Source: Lytechinus pictus (Eukaryota). Taken from it: a DNA stretch of 64,000 bases. Where the stretch lies: assembly GCF_037042905.1 (NCBI RefSeq), contig NC_087245.1, positions 43,214,001-43,278,000 of the forward strand. Direction: 5' to 3'. The position numbers and the translations under genes are program-made. The notes beneath the pieces are model-generated. The model saw only the letters and a list, made by a program, of their open reading frames with translations, did no database searches and was not told the origin of the DNA. Shown one piece after another: positions 60,688-64,000 of the stretch (position 1 is its first letter; each line of letters begins with the position of its first letter).

Positions 60688-63600
60688 ATGATGGAAGAAA
60701 TCAAGGAGGTTATTCAGTCTGTGCTTCCGACAATAGTAGAGCTGCAGTTGGACACTCTTGTTGAGAGACTACTCGCTAAGGGAGTAGAGGAGAAGGATGA
60801 TCTCCAATTTGTGGAGGAAGAGGACATTACAGATCTTGTCAAGCCAATCCAGTGTCGCAAGCTTCTTAATGCCTGGAAACTTGGTATGTGAGTTCCAACC
60901 ATACATGTACAATGACAAAAATAATAATTCTAATCATAACAATAATGAAGATAATTGTGATAATTATAATGGTAACGAATGATGAAAATAATCATCAACC
61001 TCATTGTTGATAAGGAAAAAAATATTTTTGAGTTCCGTTGTTTTCAAAATATTTTTGAGTACCCTGAAAATCAGAAAGCTGTAATAATCAAAAGTAAAGG
61101 CTCCTAGCATCTTGTTAATTAACTTTGCATTTTAAGTATTGTTTGCATATAAAGCTACATGTACATGTACATTAACCTTGCAAGGTTTAGTAATTGACCT
61201 AAAGCTTTTTTGTGGGGTAAAGTTTAGATTTATATTGATAAAATACCTCCCTGCTTAATGTTGACCCTTGTAAGTTCTAAAATTATACCACAGAACCATT
61301 ATCTTATTTAATTTATAATAATTTTGTGTTGGGAAATGAATATTTTGCATTTGGAATAATAAACAAGTGGAATGCCTCTGGCCGTCTCACCTGCATCACG
61401 CGATTCAATATAGCAGCAGTGCTGATTTTGAAAACTACTATAACTCGCACAAGATGTTCAGTGATACTTGGTTACTCTTATTTCCACGTTTTATGAACTA
61501 GACCAATACACTTTCAAATTTATGGCTGTAATTCAACAAATACCCCAATTTGGCCAAAGTTCTTTGACCTTACATGACCTTTGACCTTGATCATGTGACC
61601 TGTAACTCGCACAGGATGTCCAGTGATACTTGATTACTATTATGTCCAAGTTTTATGAACTAGACCAACACACTTTCAAATGTATGGCTGTAATTCAACA
61701 AATACCCCAATTTGGCCAAAGTTCATTGACCCTAAATGACCTTTGACCTTGATCATGTGACCTGAAACTTGCACAGGATGTTCAGTAATACTTGATTACT
61801 ATTATGTCCAAGTTTCATGAATCAGATCCATAAACTTTCAAAGTTATGATGGTAATTCAACAGATACCCCCAATTCGGCCAAAGTTCATTGACCCTAAAT
61901 GACCTTTGACCTTGGTCATGTGACGTGAAACTCAGGCAGGATGTTCAGTGATACTTGATTAACCTTATGTATAAGTTTCATGAACTAGGTCCATATATTT
62001 TCTAAGTTATGATGACATTTCAAAAACTTAACCTTAGGTTAAGATTTTGATGTTGATTCCCCCAACATGGTCTAAGTTCATTGACCCTAAATGACCTTTG
62101 ACCTTGGTCATGTGACATGAAACTCAGGCAGGATGTTCAATAATACTTGATTAACCTTATGGCCAAGTTTCATGAACTAGGTCCATATACTTTCTAAGTT
62201 ATGCTGTCATTTCAAAAACTTAACCTCAGGTTAAGATTTGGTGTTGACGCCGCCGCCGCCGCCGCCGTCGGAAAAGCGGCGCCTATAGTCTCACTCTGCT
62301 ATGCAGGTGAGACAAAAACCCAGATGTTTTGGAATATTTAGCAAATTCAGACTTTCTTTTCAGGAGTTACATGTATGAATTTTTAAAGTTTTTGCAAATA
62401 ATTTTGGGATCATTGAGCAACTTTGCTCATATCTTTGAAGGAATTATTAATAGTTTGTTCAGATTTTCACTGTTTCTTTTTACCACATCCCTCTAAGACA
62501 TGTTTGCATGTTTGAGGCTGAGTCATACCAAAATAAAGAGCTGGAAGAATTTTACTTTGAAAAATTTAAAAACATGTAATTCTCCCTACAAAATCAAGAG
62601 AGAGTCCATCTCCACACTTTCATTGCAGATTATGGAGTGTAGCTTACATGTAGCTGATCTGCATAATATGATTATGGCTTTGATTGAACTTTTACTCTTT
62701 GACTTACTTTCTTGTATCTAATATCCACTATAAGCACACAGAAGCCTTTTTTCCTTAGGATAACCTAACAATATATCCACTGTTTTAATCATAAGTGGAC
62801 ATGTAATAAGATATAGATTATGTATAAATACAATTGACACAATTCTTTCTTTTTTTCCCATATTATAACATTTTACATGCACATGTAGGTATGGTTACTT
62901 GTACATACTAAGTCGTAAATGTTTCTTTATCTATATTTTTCAGTGACAACTCCTGAAATCGTTCATGACACTGCAGAGACAGTTGGTGTGGCATCAAAAC
63001 CTACATGTATCCAGGATCCAAGGGAGGAAAAGCAGAAAATGACATCACCTAGTCATGGGAAACCAACATCAAACTGGCCTGAAAAAATGGATATCAAAGG
63101 ACTAGAAATTCCAAAGAACGTTTCAAGTAAATTGGAGGGTGGTGTGCGTCTCGGACATTCTGAAAGATGCTCTGCTGTCAGGGTAATCGTGGCAAAGATG
63201 CAAAACTATGAAAAAAACCCAATACGACAACAGTGCGATGTAGTAGCTAGAAGAGTGGTGAAGCAATGGCCAGGCAGTTTCTGTGATATGAATGATGATG
63301 ATAGCAAACTTGGATCCGGTCATTTTTCATTGTTGACCAAAATCAAGTGGAGAGTAGAACATGTTAATAGAAACAATACATTAAATCGCCATCGTGCCAG
63401 TAGAAAGCAAAAGGAAGCAACAAATAAATTGTTGAAAACGACAGACACATATGGCTGTATTAACTGGCAGCCTGTGCTGCCTGCAGGTGAAAGTGTTGAA
63501 TCCCTCATGGAAAAAAGAGAAACATTGAAAAGCATATTTTCAGAAAAAGGACCAGAATCACCACCAGCAATTGTTGACTCTTTAATGACTATTACATACT

Positions 63601-63941
63601 ACCTACAAAGAAAGGTAATTAATGGACCCCCGCAGCTGGTTAGTCAAATCAAAGAACAATGGCCCTACCTCTTTGTTCCGAATTTGTTCACCAAGCATTT
63701 CACAACTCTAACTGGTGTTGACATTGCCTCTACCCTTCTGAAGGCATTCCAAGAGAAAGGACAAACAATTCTTCGTTTCCTAGTGCAGGAAAAATGGGAA
63801 GATGCGAACCATGCCCGTCCTCTCGTGGAAGCTGCGGCTGCAAAAGATGATGCAAACCTGCATGATGTAGCATCTGGTGTGCTGAGAGGGTTGCAGAGCC
63901 TGTTTAAAGAAGGGAATGACTCCCTTTTCCTCATCCATGAT
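60688..63941 (+). CDS. Accessory gene of E (partial): SAM-like exon plus a long SAMD3-like exon
   Basis: Exon 60688-60883 (LVERLLAKGVEEKDDLQFVEEEDITDLVKPIQCRKLLNAW, phase 1) joins exon 62944-63941 (998 nt, open: VARRVVKQWPGSF...GSGHFSLLTKIKWRVEHVNR...YGCINWQP...TYYLQRKVIN...QWPYLF). The ORF track lacks it because the frame has no stop before the window end. Confidence 0.85.
61362..62318 (-). mobile_element. Helentron-associated-like (HINE/Tsp-type) element in an intron of E
   Basis: Subterminal inverted repeat GTCTCACCTGCAT / ATGCAGGTGAGAC, (GCC)n microsatellite, about five 165-190 bp tandem units with TGACCTTTGACCTT, A/T-run ends. Confidence 0.75.
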
Positions 63942-64000
63942 GTAAGATTTAATAATTACTCTCCTGAAAAATGTTTTGCGCTATTAATCCTGAGTGAAAA

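Larger units (their letters stand above)
53568..64000 (+). mobile_element. EnSpm/CACTA DNA transposon E (5' part, runs off the window)
   Basis: TA|CACTGTAAAAAA terminus, TTACAGTAA/TTACTGTAA subterminal repeats to about 53742, CpG-rich leader with G|GTAAGT donor at 53917, then transposase and accessory exons. Confidence 0.88.

Noticed and set aside
1-64000. Host protein-coding genes, tRNA or rRNA genes
   Set aside because: All convincing coding segments belong to transposable elements, and no RNA-gene signature was recognised by eye.

Overview
AT-rich, intron-containing animal DNA. The repeat types suggest a marine invertebrate, possibly an echinoderm, but this cannot be proven from the sequence. 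No conventional host gene was recognised. The window is a stack of at least five EnSpm/CACTA-superfamily DNA transposons, all on the + strand. A (1-~3550) is fragmentary and rearranged. B (6835-21681) is complete. C (22282-51892) is internally deleted. D (24614-47669) is complete and nested in intron 1 of C. E starts at 53568 and runs off the window end. B, C and D have TIRs and 2-bp TA target duplications, and B and C sit inside one CCATGG-rich repeat array. B, D and E each carry two genes: an unspliced C2H2-zinc-finger DDE transposase ORF, and a multi-exon accessory gene largely invisible to the ORF track. I assembled the accessory genes by hand: 551 aa and intact in D, about 496 aa and intact in B apart from an unresolved start exon, and open to the window end in E. 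These proteins carry SAM or ubiquitin-like N-terminal modules and a body resembling vertebrate SAMD3 (recalled similarity, not searched). In D and A the transposase ORF lies inside an intron of the accessory gene. Each full-length transposase has one lesion. Introns and UTRs hold many secondary insertions: piggyBac-, Kolobok-, MULE-, hAT-, Harbinger- and Tc1-like MITEs, Helentron-associated-like elements, an L2-type LINE 3' end and a Penelope-like fragment.
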